Assembly: GCA_965279525.1 (NCBI GenBank)
Contig: CBDIIB010000004.1
Coordinates: forward strand, 1,280,001-1,344,000
Origin: Tagaea sp.
GTDB taxonomy: Bacteria; Pseudomonadota; Alphaproteobacteria; CACIAM-22H2
Direction: 5' to 3'
DNA: 64,000 nt
The position numbers and the translations under genes are program-made. This document shows, piece by piece, positions 9,821 to 19,775 of the stretch (its first letter is position 1; each line of letters begins with the position of its first letter). The notes below the pieces were generated by a model, which ran no database searches, was not told the DNA's origin, and worked only from the letters and a program-made list of their open reading frames with translations.

Positions 9821-11230
9821 ATGACAAGATTCGTCGGCATTACGATATTTCCGGAATACTTCCAGAACGAAGGCGTCGAGGCGGCGCTCGACAATCTTGT
9901 GAACCGCGCCGGCGCAACGGCGATCGCGACATCGCCTTACGTGATGGCAACGGCTCCGGATGGTACAGGCTCGCGCGAACCACCGGCGGATGCCGGTGCG
10001 GGGAAGGTCCGACTTCTGGACCGCCCGCTATGGGGCCGACGGGAATTGTTCGTACGGACGTCGCCAAGCTTCGTTCCCGACGCTTCGCTCTATGCCGGCC
10101 TGCGCTATCGCCCCGCCGCAGCCGACGAGCTTACGGCTTCACAAGGAGGCATCATCGCGGACAGTATTCGGGCGGCAAAGGCTCGTGGCCTTGACGTCTA
10201 TCTTCAGATCCAGGCGGCAATCCCACCCGGCTATCGGGTGCAGTTCGGCGGCCCGGATGAGGACGACCGGCCACGCCTTCCAAACGGCACGTCTCCGGTC
10301 GTCCGGGTCGACAACAATGCATCGCTTGCAAGCCCCCATATTCATGCCTATGCACGCGCGCTCGTGCACGACATCGTGCGCGCGTATCCCGAGATTGACG
10401 GGCTGCGGGTTGATTGGCCGGAATACCCGCCCTACTCACTCGATGGTGCCTTCTTCGACTTCGGGACGCACGCCGAAGCGGCCGCACAGCGGCTCGGCTT
10501 CGACTTTCCCGTCATGCGAGCCGCCGCCGCGTCCCTGCGTTCGCACTTGCTGGGCGGACTCGGTCCCGACGATCTTGCCGACTGGTCTGCCGGAAAAGTA
10601 TCGATCGATTCCGTATTCGGTGGCACGGCACCTCTGGCGGCGTGGCTCCGGTTCAAATCGGCGCTATCGGGCGAGATCATCCGGACTTTTCGCGAAGCGC
10701 TTGATGACGCCGATGGCAGCCACATGAAGCTGGTTCCCAATGCGTTCCCTCCGCCCTGGACGAACCTCAGCGGATTTGATTTCGGCTCGCTCGACGGGAC
10801 ATGCGACGGCGTCTCGGTCAAACTTTATACCATGCACTGGCCGATGATGGTCCGCGCCTGGGCGGATTCGATTGTCACGGCGAATCCGCATCTTGCCGGC
10901 GATCAAAATCTCGGGCGCGGCATCGCACGGCTTTTCGGAATCGGCGACGGGCCGGGGCCAGCGCGCCTGGAAGACTGGCGTTACCCGGAACCCGACGAAC
11001 CACATCCAGCCGGCGCAAAGGCACAGGCTGCGAAGATCGAGGCCGCGCGCCGCATGGCCGGTCGAGTACCTGTCTATGCGCTGGCCCACGGCTATGGCCC
11101 GGTCGACGACTTCGAGGCCCGCTGCCGAATCGCCTGGAACGCATCCGGCGGCCGGATCTGGATCAACAGGTACGGATATCTGGCTGACGCGAAGCTCGAC
11201 GCGATCGGCCGCGTATCGAGGCATGCTTGA
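9821..11230 (+). CDS. Uncharacterised protein, probable glycoside-hydrolase-like TIM barrel
   Basis: ATG after GAGGAG RBS; DIVRAYPEIDGLRVDWPEYPPY segment resembles GH-like (beta/alpha)8 proteins; no signal peptide. Confidence 0.6.
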   Translation: MTRFVGITIFPEYFQNEGVEAALDNLVNRAGATAIATSPYVMATAPDGTGSREPPADAGAGKVRLLDRPLWGRRELFVRTSPSFVPDASLYAGLRYRPAAADELTASQGGIIADSIRAAKARGLDVYLQIQAAIPPGYRVQFGGPDEDDRPRLPNGTSPVVRVDNNASLASPHIHAYARALVHDIVRAYPEIDGLRVDWPEYPPYSLDGAFFDFGTHAEAAAQRLGFDFPVMRAAAASLRSHLLGGLGPDDLADWSAGKVSIDSVFGGTAPLAAWLRFKSALSGEIIRTFREALDDADGSHMKLVPNAFPPPWTNLSGFDFGSLDGTCDGVSVKLYTMHWPMMVRAWADSIVTANPHLAGDQNLGRGIARLFGIGDGPGPARLEDWRYPEPDEPHPAGAKAQAAKIEAARRMAGRVPVYALAHGYGPVDDFEARCRIAWNASGGRIWINRYGYLADAKLDAIGRVSRHA

Positions 11231-11286
11231 CCGCCCGCCGCCGAAATCCAATACTCGCAACCAAAGACACAATGGGAGGAAGTCCG

Positions 11287-12237
11287 ATGCTGTTCAAAAT
11301 CGCCGCTGCGATCGTTGCCGTTTTTGCCACCCTCGGACCGGCGATGGCGGCCTGGCCGGAGAAGCCCATCCGAATCGTCGTTCCATTCGGGCCAGGCGGC
11401 ACGACCGACATTCTCGCGCGCACGCTCCAGAAGGTATTCGACGAGCGGAAGATCGTTTCGCAGCCGGTCGCCATCCAGAATGTCGGTGGCCACTTCTCGG
11501 TCGGCGCGCGTCAGGTCATGACCGCACAGCCCGACGGGCACACATTTCTTGCCATCCATCTTGCCCTGTTGTCAGGCGAAGTCGTTGATCCGGCGCGGGG
11601 GGTCTCGTATCGCAACTTTGAGCCCGTCGCGCTGACTGGCGGTTTCTGCTTCCATCCGATCGTCCGCGCGGACTCGAAGTTCACGACGCTCAAGGAACTT
11701 CTCGACGCGGCTAAGGCCCAGCCCAATACGATTGTCACCGGCGTGAATATCGGCGCGCTCAATCACATGATGGCCCTGTTCATGGAGCAGGGGTTCCCGG
11801 GTGCCAAGTTCCGATATGCACAGATCGGCGGTGGCGGCGAGAACTTTGCAGCGATCATGGGTGGACACACCCAACTCACCGTCCTTTCGAGTTCGGAATA
11901 CCAGACGTACAAGGCGAACGGCATTCGCGCTCTCGCCTATTCGGGACCTGAGCGCCTTTCGCTCGAGCCCGGGATCCCGACCGCACGCGAACTTGGGCTC
12001 GGCTTCGACTATTGCGCCGAGAACTTCTGGTTCGCTCCCAAGGGAACATCGCGTGAGGCGATCGACGGCATGGCGGATGCGCTTGAGAAGGCGAACGGGT
12101 CACCGGACATCAAGGATTTCTTCCAGAAGCAGGCTCAAACCGGTCAGTTCATGCGTGGGGCTGCTTTCGCAAGGCGGCTCGACGAGGTGTTCAAGATGAT
12201 TGAGCCTGTCGCCAAGACTGCCGCTCCAGCACGCTGA
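11287..12237 (+). CDS. tctC: Bug/TctC substrate-binding protein
   Basis: Sec signal; WPEKPIRIVVPFGPGGTTD, PDGHT motifs; GGAGG RBS. Confidence 0.92.
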   Translation: MLFKIAAAIVAVFATLGPAMAAWPEKPIRIVVPFGPGGTTDILARTLQKVFDERKIVSQPVAIQNVGGHFSVGARQVMTAQPDGHTFLAIHLALLSGEVVDPARGVSYRNFEPVALTGGFCFHPIVRADSKFTTLKELLDAAKAQPNTIVTGVNIGALNHMMALFMEQGFPGAKFRYAQIGGGGENFAAIMGGHTQLTVLSSSEYQTYKANGIRALAYSGPERLSLEPGIPTARELGLGFDYCAENFWFAPKGTSREAIDGMADALEKANGSPDIKDFFQKQAQTGQFMRGAAFARRLDEVFKMIEPVAKTAAPAR

Positions 12238-12247
12238 GGCTCGGAAC

Positions 12248-12760
12248 TTGTCCAACAGCGATCCGCCGGACGGCGATCGTCGGACCGACACACTCGCTGC
12301 TGTGGTCGTGCTGGCCATTGCTGGCATCGTATTCGTCGCCGGCTGGCGCGAGCCGCCGGCGGTCTACGATCCACTCGGCCCCGGTGCAGTACCGATGGCA
12401 GCGGCGGCGGCACTATTCGCATTGGGGCTCGCTCTCCTCGTGCGTGCGTTGCTCGGCCTGCATATCGGTCAAGCGGCGCAGTCGCTGATCGGGGGCCTGG
12501 ATACTTCGGGCGAAGATGTCGACTACCCGCTCCGACCCGGGCTCGCGGCATTCGCATATGCCGCGACGGCCGCCTATGTCGCTGCTATCTGGCTTGCGGT
12601 TCCGTTCTTCCTTTCGACGTTCGCATTTCTTTCCGTCCTCGGACTTGCAATGGCGCGCTTGCGGCGGCCACTTGCCTACTGGGTCATCGGCGCGGCGCTG
12701 ACAGCGACGATCTCGATCGAGCACGTCTTCCGCAAGGTACTTCTCGTGTCGCTTCCATGA
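12248..12760 (+). CDS. tctB: TctB-family small membrane subunit
   Basis: YDPLGPGAVP, about four hydrophobic segments, ends LLVSLP; TTG start inferred. Confidence 0.78.
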   Translation: MSNSDPPDGDRRTDTLAAVVVLAIAGIVFVAGWREPPAVYDPLGPGAVPMAAAAALFALGLALLVRALLGLHIGQAAQSLIGGLDTSGEDVDYPLRPGLAAFAYAATAAYVAAIWLAVPFFLSTFAFLSVLGLAMARLRRPLAYWVIGAALTATISIEHVFRKVLLVSLP

Positions 12761-14241
12761 CGCTCGCTGACGCATTCCTCAATCTCGCCACGCCACTCCC
12801 GTTCCTGATCATGATGGTCGGCGTGACGATTGGCATTGCCGTCGGCGTCATGCCGGGTATCACCGCCGGAATGCTGATGGCGTTGACGCTGCCATTTACC
12901 TATTCGATGGCGCCGACCAACGCGATCATCCTGCTCATCTCGATGTTCGTGGGCGGGATATCGGGCGGCCTCGTGACGGCAACACTCATGCGCATTCCCG
13001 GCGAACCGAACGCCGTCATGACGACGCTAGACGGCTATCCGCTTGCCAAGAAGGGTTTTCCGGGCCGGGCACTTGGTCTCGGCAACGCCGGTTCGATCGT
13101 CGGCGGTTTCGTGGGCTGGCTCTTTCTGGTGTTGCTGACGCGCCCTGTCGCCGATCTCGCGGTATTGTTGGGACCGTGGGAGAACTTTGCGCTCGTGCTG
13201 ACGGCACTCGTGCTCGTTTCCTCCCTCAGCCGTGGTTCGTTCCTCAAGGGAATGATCTCAGCCTTGCTCGGGGTTCTCGTTGCGATGCCGGGCGTCGACC
13301 AGACTTCCGGTATCGTGCGTCTCACATTCGGCATCGAGGCACTGACCAACGGCTTCCAGTTGCTGCCTGTTGTGATCGGCCTGTTCGCGATGTCGCAGCT
13401 CGTTGCCGATACGATGCATATCGATCAGAGCAACGAACATATCCGCGCGTCGATGCGTGGGGTCGTCCTCCGGCTGCGCGACTATGTCGTGCACGGCTGG
13501 AACATGCTGCGATCGTCGCTGATCGGAGTGTGGATCGGAATCCACCCGGGGGTGGGCTCGGCGGTGTCGTCGATCGTCGCCTATACGGTCGCGAAGAACG
13601 TGTCGAAGACGCCGGAGGCGTTTGGCACCGGCAGCGAGGAGGCGATCGTCGCGGCCGAGAGCGCCAACAACGCGACCACCGGTGGCTCGCTTATCCCGCT
13701 CCTCGCGCTGGGCATTCCCGGTGGGATCGCCGATGCCATCCTGCTGGCGGCCCTCGTCATGCATAACCTGCGGCCGGGGCCCTTGCTGTTCTCGACGAAC
13801 CCGGAAATCGTCAACACAATCATGGCGACGCACCTCGTGGCGCACATCGCGATGTACCTGCTGATGACGGCGGGTGTGCTTCTCTTTGCCCGCCTGATGC
13901 TTGTGCCCCGCGCGGTTCTGTTTCCGATCGTCGTCGTGTTCTGCATTGTCGGTGCGTTCGCGGTCGACGGGCAGGTCTCCGACGTCTGGATCATGCTGCT
14001 GTTCGGATTGGTCGGCTTGTCGATGGAGCTGGCACGCTTCCCGCTTGCCCCGTTCGTGATCGGTTTCGTCCTAGCTCCGATGGCCGAAGCAAAGCTGCGT
14101 TCGGCGCTGATGATTTCGGATGGTTCCATGTTGCCGCTCGTGACCCGCCCCGGCTCGCTCGGCCTGCTGCTCGTCGCGGCCGCATGCTTCGTCTGGCCGT
14201 TCTGGCGGGCATGGCGAGCGGGCCGGCAAGCGACAAAGTAA
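12757..14241 (+). CDS. tctA: TctA large permease
   Basis: GVMPGI, IPGEPNAVMTTLDGYP, ESANNA motifs. Confidence 0.95.
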   Translation: MTLADAFLNLATPLPFLIMMVGVTIGIAVGVMPGITAGMLMALTLPFTYSMAPTNAIILLISMFVGGISGGLVTATLMRIPGEPNAVMTTLDGYPLAKKGFPGRALGLGNAGSIVGGFVGWLFLVLLTRPVADLAVLLGPWENFALVLTALVLVSSLSRGSFLKGMISALLGVLVAMPGVDQTSGIVRLTFGIEALTNGFQLLPVVIGLFAMSQLVADTMHIDQSNEHIRASMRGVVLRLRDYVVHGWNMLRSSLIGVWIGIHPGVGSAVSSIVAYTVAKNVSKTPEAFGTGSEEAIVAAESANNATTGGSLIPLLALGIPGGIADAILLAALVMHNLRPGPLLFSTNPEIVNTIMATHLVAHIAMYLLMTAGVLLFARLMLVPRAVLFPIVVVFCIVGAFAVDGQVSDVWIMLLFGLVGLSMELARFPLAPFVIGFVLAPMAEAKLRSALMISDGSMLPLVTRPGSLGLLLVAAACFVWPFWRAWRAGRQATK

Positions 14242-14282
14242 CGGCTCTGCGGCACGGTGATGGTCTCGCTTTGAATGTCCTT

Positions 14283-14362
14283 TCCGGATATTTGATCAAA
14301 GATTGACTCTATAAACATAATTATGCACGCTGTTATCCAATAATCCGGGCTATTTGATCAAA
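14283..14362. promoter_or_regulatory. Two copies of the palindrome TTTGATCAAA (candidate GntR operator)
   Basis: TTTGATCAAA at 14291-14300 and 14353-14362, each preceded by TCCGG..TA, in the AT-rich gap before the GntR gene. Confidence 0.65.
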
Positions 14363-14384
14363 ACCGGACCGGTTGAGGATACGC

Positions 14385-15044
14385 ATGCTGCCGGAGATCG
14401 AGGAAGGGCCGATCTGTGACCGTTTACGCCAGGACATACTGTCCGGGGTGTTTCCGTTTGGCGGCCGACTCAAGATCGACGAGCTTGCGGCACGCTACAC
14501 GACAAGCCATATGCCGATTCGCGAAGCGCTTCGCCAACTCCAGGGCGAGGGTCTCGTCAATGTCGAGCCGAACCGGGGCGCCCGCGTACGAGCAGTCGAT
14601 GTCGAGTTCGTGCGCGACCTGTTCGACCTGCGAATCGCACTCGAGGCGATGCTGGCGAGGCGCGCGGCAGAGAGGATCGTCTCTTCACAACTCGATGAAA
14701 TCCGCCGGATTGAATCCGACCTCGAGGCAAGCGCCGCCCGGTCCGACTTTGCCGCGGTTCTTGTCGCCAACCAAGCGTTCCATGCAGTTATCAACAATGC
14801 CGCCGGAAACGTCGAAGCGATACGAATCCTCGACCGCCACTGGAACATCATTGTCGCGCTTTGGGGACGTCATGGTTATGGCGAGGAACGTGTCGCAGGG
14901 GTGATCTCCGACCACCGGCAGATCATCGTGGCACTATCCCAGCGCGATGCAGAAGGTGCGGCGATCCTTCAGACCGCACACGCGGCAAAGGCCAAGCAGG
15001 AGATGCTGCGCAGGATCCAGGCGGCCGAAGTGGGGCTGCAATGA
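14385..15044 (+). CDS. GntR-family regulator (FCD domain)
   Basis: LAARYTTSHMPIREALRQLQGEGLV wHTH; NQAFH and DHRQI FCD motifs. Confidence 0.92.
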   Translation: MLPEIEEGPICDRLRQDILSGVFPFGGRLKIDELAARYTTSHMPIREALRQLQGEGLVNVEPNRGARVRAVDVEFVRDLFDLRIALEAMLARRAAERIVSSQLDEIRRIESDLEASAARSDFAAVLVANQAFHAVINNAAGNVEAIRILDRHWNIIVALWGRHGYGEERVAGVISDHRQIIVALSQRDAEGAAILQTAHAAKAKQEMLRRIQAAEVGLQ

Positions 15045-16168
15045 CGGTCGCGACAATCCGTTCCATTGACGGCCATGCCGTCCGAGCCAGCGCGAAAACC
15101 ATCTGGGCTTTCGTCCGCATATGCGACTCCGAGGGCAACTTCGGCTGGGGCGAAGCGACGCTCGCAGGTCAAGAAAGCCGGCTAGCGGCAGCATTGGCAC
15201 CTATAGCTGCAGGTTTGCTCGGCACCAGTGCGCTTCCGAGTGACAACCCGCTTGGGCGCTGCGGCATAAGCCGCACAGATCGAGCCGGTGCCGCGATCGC
15301 CAGCGCGCTCGACCAAGCACTATGGGATGCCGCAGGACGCCGCGAGGGCCGGCCGATGCGCGAAGCCATCGGAACGCCGGTGCTCGACAAGATTCCACTC
15401 TACGCGAACATCAACAGACGGACAGTCGACCGAACCCCGGCAGGCTTCGCCGCCAGCGCGCGAAAGGCGATTGCTGACGGATTCGAGACGGTGAAGATTG
15501 CGCCTTTCGATGCCGTCCGGCCAGGAAGCGGCGACTACGTCACGGAAGGGATCGCGCGTGCCGCAGCAGTCCGCACCGAGATCGGACCGTCACGACGTCT
15601 TTTCATCGACTGCCATTGGCGCTTCGACCTTGCCAATGCGTCGATGGCACTCGACGCATTGGCCGAACTCGGAGTCTCCTGGTTCGAATGCCCGCTGCCG
15701 GAGCACCCGGAAAACTTCGAAGGTCTCAAGCAGCTGCGCGCACGGGCGAACAGGATCGGCGCGGTGCTGGCAGGATGCGAGACGGAAACCACGCTTGAGG
15801 GATTCCGGCCTTTCATCGATGCCGGCACCTATGACGTACTGATGCCCGATATCAAGTATGCTGGAGGCATAGCCGAATTCCGGCGGACTGCTGAATACGC
15901 ATCGACGCACGGCATGAAAGTGGCGCCTCACAATCCGAGCGGACCCGTGTCTCACGTCGCGAGTCTCCAACTCTGCGCGACACTGCCCGGAATGACCATT
16001 CTCGAACACCAATACGACGAGAGTCCTGCCTTCACCTCCATCGTGTCGGACCAATTGCCACGTACCCGTCACGGATCCAGCGAGTTGCCAACAGGCCCCG
16101 GGCTCGGCATCGCGCTCGACTCCGCAAAGCTTTGTCCGCTTTCTGAACTTGGCGGACCGTCGGCGTGA
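15041..16168 (+). CDS. Mandelate racemase/enolase-superfamily acid-sugar dehydratase (DgoD-like)
   Basis: GWGEAT, ALDQALWD, metal ligands DCHW/FECP/GCE, APHNPSGP. Confidence 0.85.
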   Translation: MTVATIRSIDGHAVRASAKTIWAFVRICDSEGNFGWGEATLAGQESRLAAALAPIAAGLLGTSALPSDNPLGRCGISRTDRAGAAIASALDQALWDAAGRREGRPMREAIGTPVLDKIPLYANINRRTVDRTPAGFAASARKAIADGFETVKIAPFDAVRPGSGDYVTEGIARAAAVRTEIGPSRRLFIDCHWRFDLANASMALDALAELGVSWFECPLPEHPENFEGLKQLRARANRIGAVLAGCETETTLEGFRPFIDAGTYDVLMPDIKYAGGIAEFRRTAEYASTHGMKVAPHNPSGPVSHVASLQLCATLPGMTILEHQYDESPAFTSIVSDQLPRTRHGSSELPTGPGLGIALDSAKLCPLSELGGPSA

Positions 16169-16941
16169 TCGCCCTCCACCACGTCCGCAGGCTTGCCGAG
16201 TTCGGCCTCGCATTGGGGGTTGTCGGCATCGCGTGGCATGCGGTGGCGCTACGTGTCGCGAACGCGACCCTTGTTCCCGCGCCGCTCGCCGTCGGCAAGG
16301 CATGGCTGGAACTTCTCCAAAGTGATTTGCCGACCGACATCGCTGCCAGCCTCGTACATCTTGCGACCGGATATGGCGCCGGTGCGACGCTCGGCTTGGC
16401 ACTTGCGGTGCTGTGCGCCCGATTCGAGATCGTCGATGCGATCGCCGACCCGTTCATGGAACTCCTGCGGCCAATCGGCGCAATCGCATGGATCCCGATC
16501 GCGATCATCTTCTTCGGTATCGGACGCGGCGTTCCGATCTTCCTGATTTTTTACGCTTCGGCCTTTCCGATTTTCGTCAATACGCTGGCGGGAATCCGGC
16601 AAGTCGATCTGAACCTCCTCAATGCCGCGCGGTCACTGGGAGCCCCGCCGCGTATGGTCGTCACGCATGTCGTTTTGCCGGCGGCATTGCCGTTGGTGCT
16701 CGCAGGTGCTCGCCTCAGCCTTGGTGTCGCATGGGCCGCGATGGTTGCCGCCGAGCTCACCGGCGCAGATGCGGGCCTCGGATGGCGGATCTTCTGGTAT
16801 CAGGAGTTTTTCGCCATGGACAAGGTGATGGCGGTGATCCTGTCGATTGGCGTTCTCGGTTACGCGCTCGATATGGTCCTGCGGCGCATCCAGTCAGAGC
16901 TCACACGCTGGAGTGCCGATACCCGCATGGAGGCCAGATGA
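16165..16941 (+). CDS. ABC permease, TauC/SsuC/NitT type
   Basis: LRPIGAIAWIP, NAARSLGA, WAAMVAAEL motifs. Confidence 0.9.
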   Translation: MIALHHVRRLAEFGLALGVVGIAWHAVALRVANATLVPAPLAVGKAWLELLQSDLPTDIAASLVHLATGYGAGATLGLALAVLCARFEIVDAIADPFMELLRPIGAIAWIPIAIIFFGIGRGVPIFLIFYASAFPIFVNTLAGIRQVDLNLLNAARSLGAPPRMVVTHVVLPAALPLVLAGARLSLGVAWAAMVAAELTGADAGLGWRIFWYQEFFAMDKVMAVILSIGVLGYALDMVLRRIQSELTRWSADTRMEAR

Positions 16942-17717
16942 CGCTGAATCAGCGCCGGGCCGCACCGCTTGTTTTCTTCTCGATTGTCCTGGTCGCATGG
17001 GAAGCGGGCGTCCATGCCACAGGATCAGCGAGAATCGCGCCATACCCGGTTGGCATCGCCGAGGCGGCCGTACGTGCGCTCGCGGACGGCACACTACTGA
17101 CCGCCATTGCCGGCAGCCTGCAGCGGGTCACGACCGGATTCGTGATCGCGGCTCTGCTCGGCATTCCGCTCGGCCTGCTCATGGGGCTCGCCGAACCCGT
17201 CCGCCGTGCTCTCGACCCGATCGTCGACTCGCTACGTGCGATCGCACCGATCGCTTGGATACCGATGGCGCTGCTCTGGCTTGGCATCCGCGGAAATGCC
17301 GCGCTGTTTATCGTCGCATACGCCGCCTTCTTCCCGTTCGTGCTCAATACAATTCAGGCAGTCCGGCTCATCGACCGTCGCCTGGTCGACGCCGGGCGGG
17401 CGCTCGGCGCCGGGCGATGGCTGACATTGCGCGCGATCATCATCCCTGGAGCGCTACCCGTCGTGCTCACCGGCGCACGAATCGCGATGGCATTCGCATG
17501 GGGATCGATCATCGCGGCAGAGATGGCGATCGGCATCAAGGTCAATCCGGGTGGAGCGGCAACTGTTGGGTTGGGGCAACTTATGGTCAATACTCTCTAC
17601 ATAAAACGGGACATAAACGGCCTTGTCCTCTACATGGCCAGCATCGGACTTATCAGCATGGCGATTGACTATGGCGTTCGCTCGCTCCTGCGCGCGGTGA
17701 CCCCATGGCAGAAATGA
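16938..17717 (+). CDS. ABC permease, TauC/SsuC/NitT type
   Basis: Re-started at MTLNQ; LRAIAPIAWIP, WGSIIAAEM motifs. Confidence 0.9.
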   Translation: MTLNQRRAAPLVFFSIVLVAWEAGVHATGSARIAPYPVGIAEAAVRALADGTLLTAIAGSLQRVTTGFVIAALLGIPLGLLMGLAEPVRRALDPIVDSLRAIAPIAWIPMALLWLGIRGNAALFIVAYAAFFPFVLNTIQAVRLIDRRLVDAGRALGAGRWLTLRAIIIPGALPVVLTGARIAMAFAWGSIIAAEMAIGIKVNPGGAATVGLGQLMVNTLYIKRDINGLVLYMASIGLISMAIDYGVRSLLRAVTPWQK

Positions 17718-18520
17718 GCGCGCCCAAGATCGAGGCGATTGGCCTCGGGAAGACCTACGTTTCGGCCCGCAAGGGAACGCAGGTCGAAGCACTGCGTGAC
17801 GTGTCGTTCCAGGTCATGCCGAACGAGTTCGTGTCGATCGTCGGACCCTCGGGCTGCGGAAAGTCGACACTCCTATCTCTTGTCGCAGGATTTTCAACAC
17901 CTTCGTCCGGCGCCATCCGCTTCGACGGCCGGACGATCACGGGACCAGGCCCGGAGCGAGGCGTGATGTTCCAAGACTACGCCCTGTTTCCATGGCGAAC
18001 GGTCCGCGGAAACATCGAATTCGGCCCGCTTGCCCGGGGCCTCGACACCGCACGACGGATCGATCTCGTCCGGCGGAATATCGAGATGGTGGGACTTGCG
18101 GGATTCGAGGATCGATATCCGCACGAACTCTCCGGCGGCATGCGGCAGCGCTGCGCCCTCGCTCGCCTGCTCGCCAACGAGCCGGAGGTCTGGCTCATGG
18201 ATGAGCCGCTTGCGGCCGTTGACTTGCAGACGCGCGTTATCCTGCAGGACGAGCTTCTCCGACTGTGGGGTGATGCAAGCTTCGGGGTCGAACGGAAATC
18301 GGTGCTTTTCGTCACACATGGAATCGACGAAGCCGTCTACCTGTCCGACCGCGTGGTTGTGCTCGGCCGCAGGCCGGGCCAGATCAAGGAGATCGTCACG
18401 GTCGACCTGCCTCGTCCGCGCGTCGGTATGCGCTCGTCGCCCGAGGTGGCTCGGCTCGTCGAACACATCTGGAACCTGATCCGCGCAGAGGCCGCGCGGG
18501 CGATCGTCGAAGAGCCATAG
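17714..18520 (+). CDS. ABC ATP-binding protein, TauB/SsuB type
   Basis: Walker A GPSGCGKS, LSGGMRQR signature, LMDEP, VTH. Confidence 0.95.
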   Translation: MSAPKIEAIGLGKTYVSARKGTQVEALRDVSFQVMPNEFVSIVGPSGCGKSTLLSLVAGFSTPSSGAIRFDGRTITGPGPERGVMFQDYALFPWRTVRGNIEFGPLARGLDTARRIDLVRRNIEMVGLAGFEDRYPHELSGGMRQRCALARLLANEPEVWLMDEPLAAVDLQTRVILQDELLRLWGDASFGVERKSVLFVTHGIDEAVYLSDRVVVLGRRPGQIKEIVTVDLPRPRVGMRSSPEVARLVEHIWNLIRAEAARAIVEEP

Positions 18521-18557
18521 AAACCAGAAACGCAAAACCAAAACCCGGAGGAACCCA

Positions 18558-19775
18558 ATGGAACGCGATGCGAATACGACACGACGTTCGGTCCTTAAGG
18601 CTGGCGGCGCCGCTGCCCTGGCGGCATTGCCGCTCTTCCGTGCCAGCCCGTCGCTCGCACAGGCACTGAAGATGTCGATGGGAGTCGGCCTCACGAATGA
18701 CGGAGCGCCGCTCGTTTTCGCGATGCAGCGCGATAAGCTCCTGGAAAAGGCGGCGGAAGAACTCGGCATCCGCATCGATGCCGAGTACCTGAACTTCCCG
18801 GTGCTGCTCCGGATGCTCCAGGGACTTGCCGCCGGCCAGCTCGACATCGGCATGCTCGGCTCGACGCCGACGATCCGCAACCTCGCCCAACCGAACCCGG
18901 CCGTGCCGATCGCGATTGGCGGCGGCGGGATCAAGTTTCCACTGCAGGTCCCGAAAGGATCGCCGATCAGGAAACTCGACGACCTGCGCGGCAAGACGAT
19001 CCTGACGATCGTCGGATCCGATCTCCATCTTGTGCTGATGCTGATGTTGAAAGCACATTTCGGGACAGACGACGTCAAGGAACTGAACATCACGGTCAAG
19101 AACATCCAGGCATTCACCGAATTGACGCGCGCGCAGCCCGGGATCGATGCCGTTCTGAACGTCGATCCGGCTGCCCGGGGTGCCGAAAACGCAGGCGAGC
19201 TCGTGGCGCTCGTGCGCAACGACGGATCGACCGGTCCGGCCTACGACGGCCCGGAAGGAAAGGGCGAGGGTCACAAGGTCGCGAGCTTCAGCAAGACCGG
19301 ATTTCATCCTGAAGCCTACTATCCGCACCGGATCTGGTGGGTCGCGCGCGAGCAGTTCATGCGCGAGAACCCGAAGGCCGTCGTGGCGCTTCTCGTCGCC
19401 AATGCGCGTGCCGTCCAGTTGACGACAAAGATGACGACGGACGAGGTGATCGATCTTGCAAACAAGGAATGGTTCAGCGACCGCGCGGCCCAGCGCCCCT
19501 ATGTCGAGAACATCCTTTACCGCAAGCGCGGCTGGTCGTGGATCACCGAGGGAGACGCGCGCTCCCTGATAGGCATGTCGAAAGTCAAGACGATCTTCCA
19601 AAGCGAGCTCAATCCTGACTCCGTCAAGCGCACGCTTGCTCTCGGAGCGCCGCTTTCTCGAGAGGCTTGGGAACGGGTCGGCAAGGACCCCGCCCCGGCC
19701 GCATTTTCCGACCGCACGGCGCCAGACACCCGTGGCGCACCGGTATGGGAAGTCGACACTTGGAAGCTCGCATGA
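18558..19775 (+). CDS. ABC substrate-binding protein, SsuA/TauA/NMT1-like, Tat signal
   Basis: TRRSVLK leader; LAAGQLDIG, SPIRKLDDLRGKTI motifs. Confidence 0.85.
   Translation: MERDANTTRRSVLKAGGAAALAALPLFRASPSLAQALKMSMGVGLTNDGAPLVFAMQRDKLLEKAAEELGIRIDAEYLNFPVLLRMLQGLAAGQLDIGMLGSTPTIRNLAQPNPAVPIAIGGGGIKFPLQVPKGSPIRKLDDLRGKTILTIVGSDLHLVLMLMLKAHFGTDDVKELNITVKNIQAFTELTRAQPGIDAVLNVDPAARGAENAGELVALVRNDGSTGPAYDGPEGKGEGHKVASFSKTGFHPEAYYPHRIWWVAREQFMRENPKAVVALLVANARAVQLTTKMTTDEVIDLANKEWFSDRAAQRPYVENILYRKRGWSWITEGDARSLIGMSKVKTIFQSELNPDSVKRTLALGAPLSREAWERVGKDPAPAAFSDRTAPDTRGAPVWEVDTWKLA

Noticed and set aside
18521-18557. AAAC-rich stretch before the SBP gene
   Set aside because: Short, irregular low-complexity leader ahead of the RBS; not a repeat array
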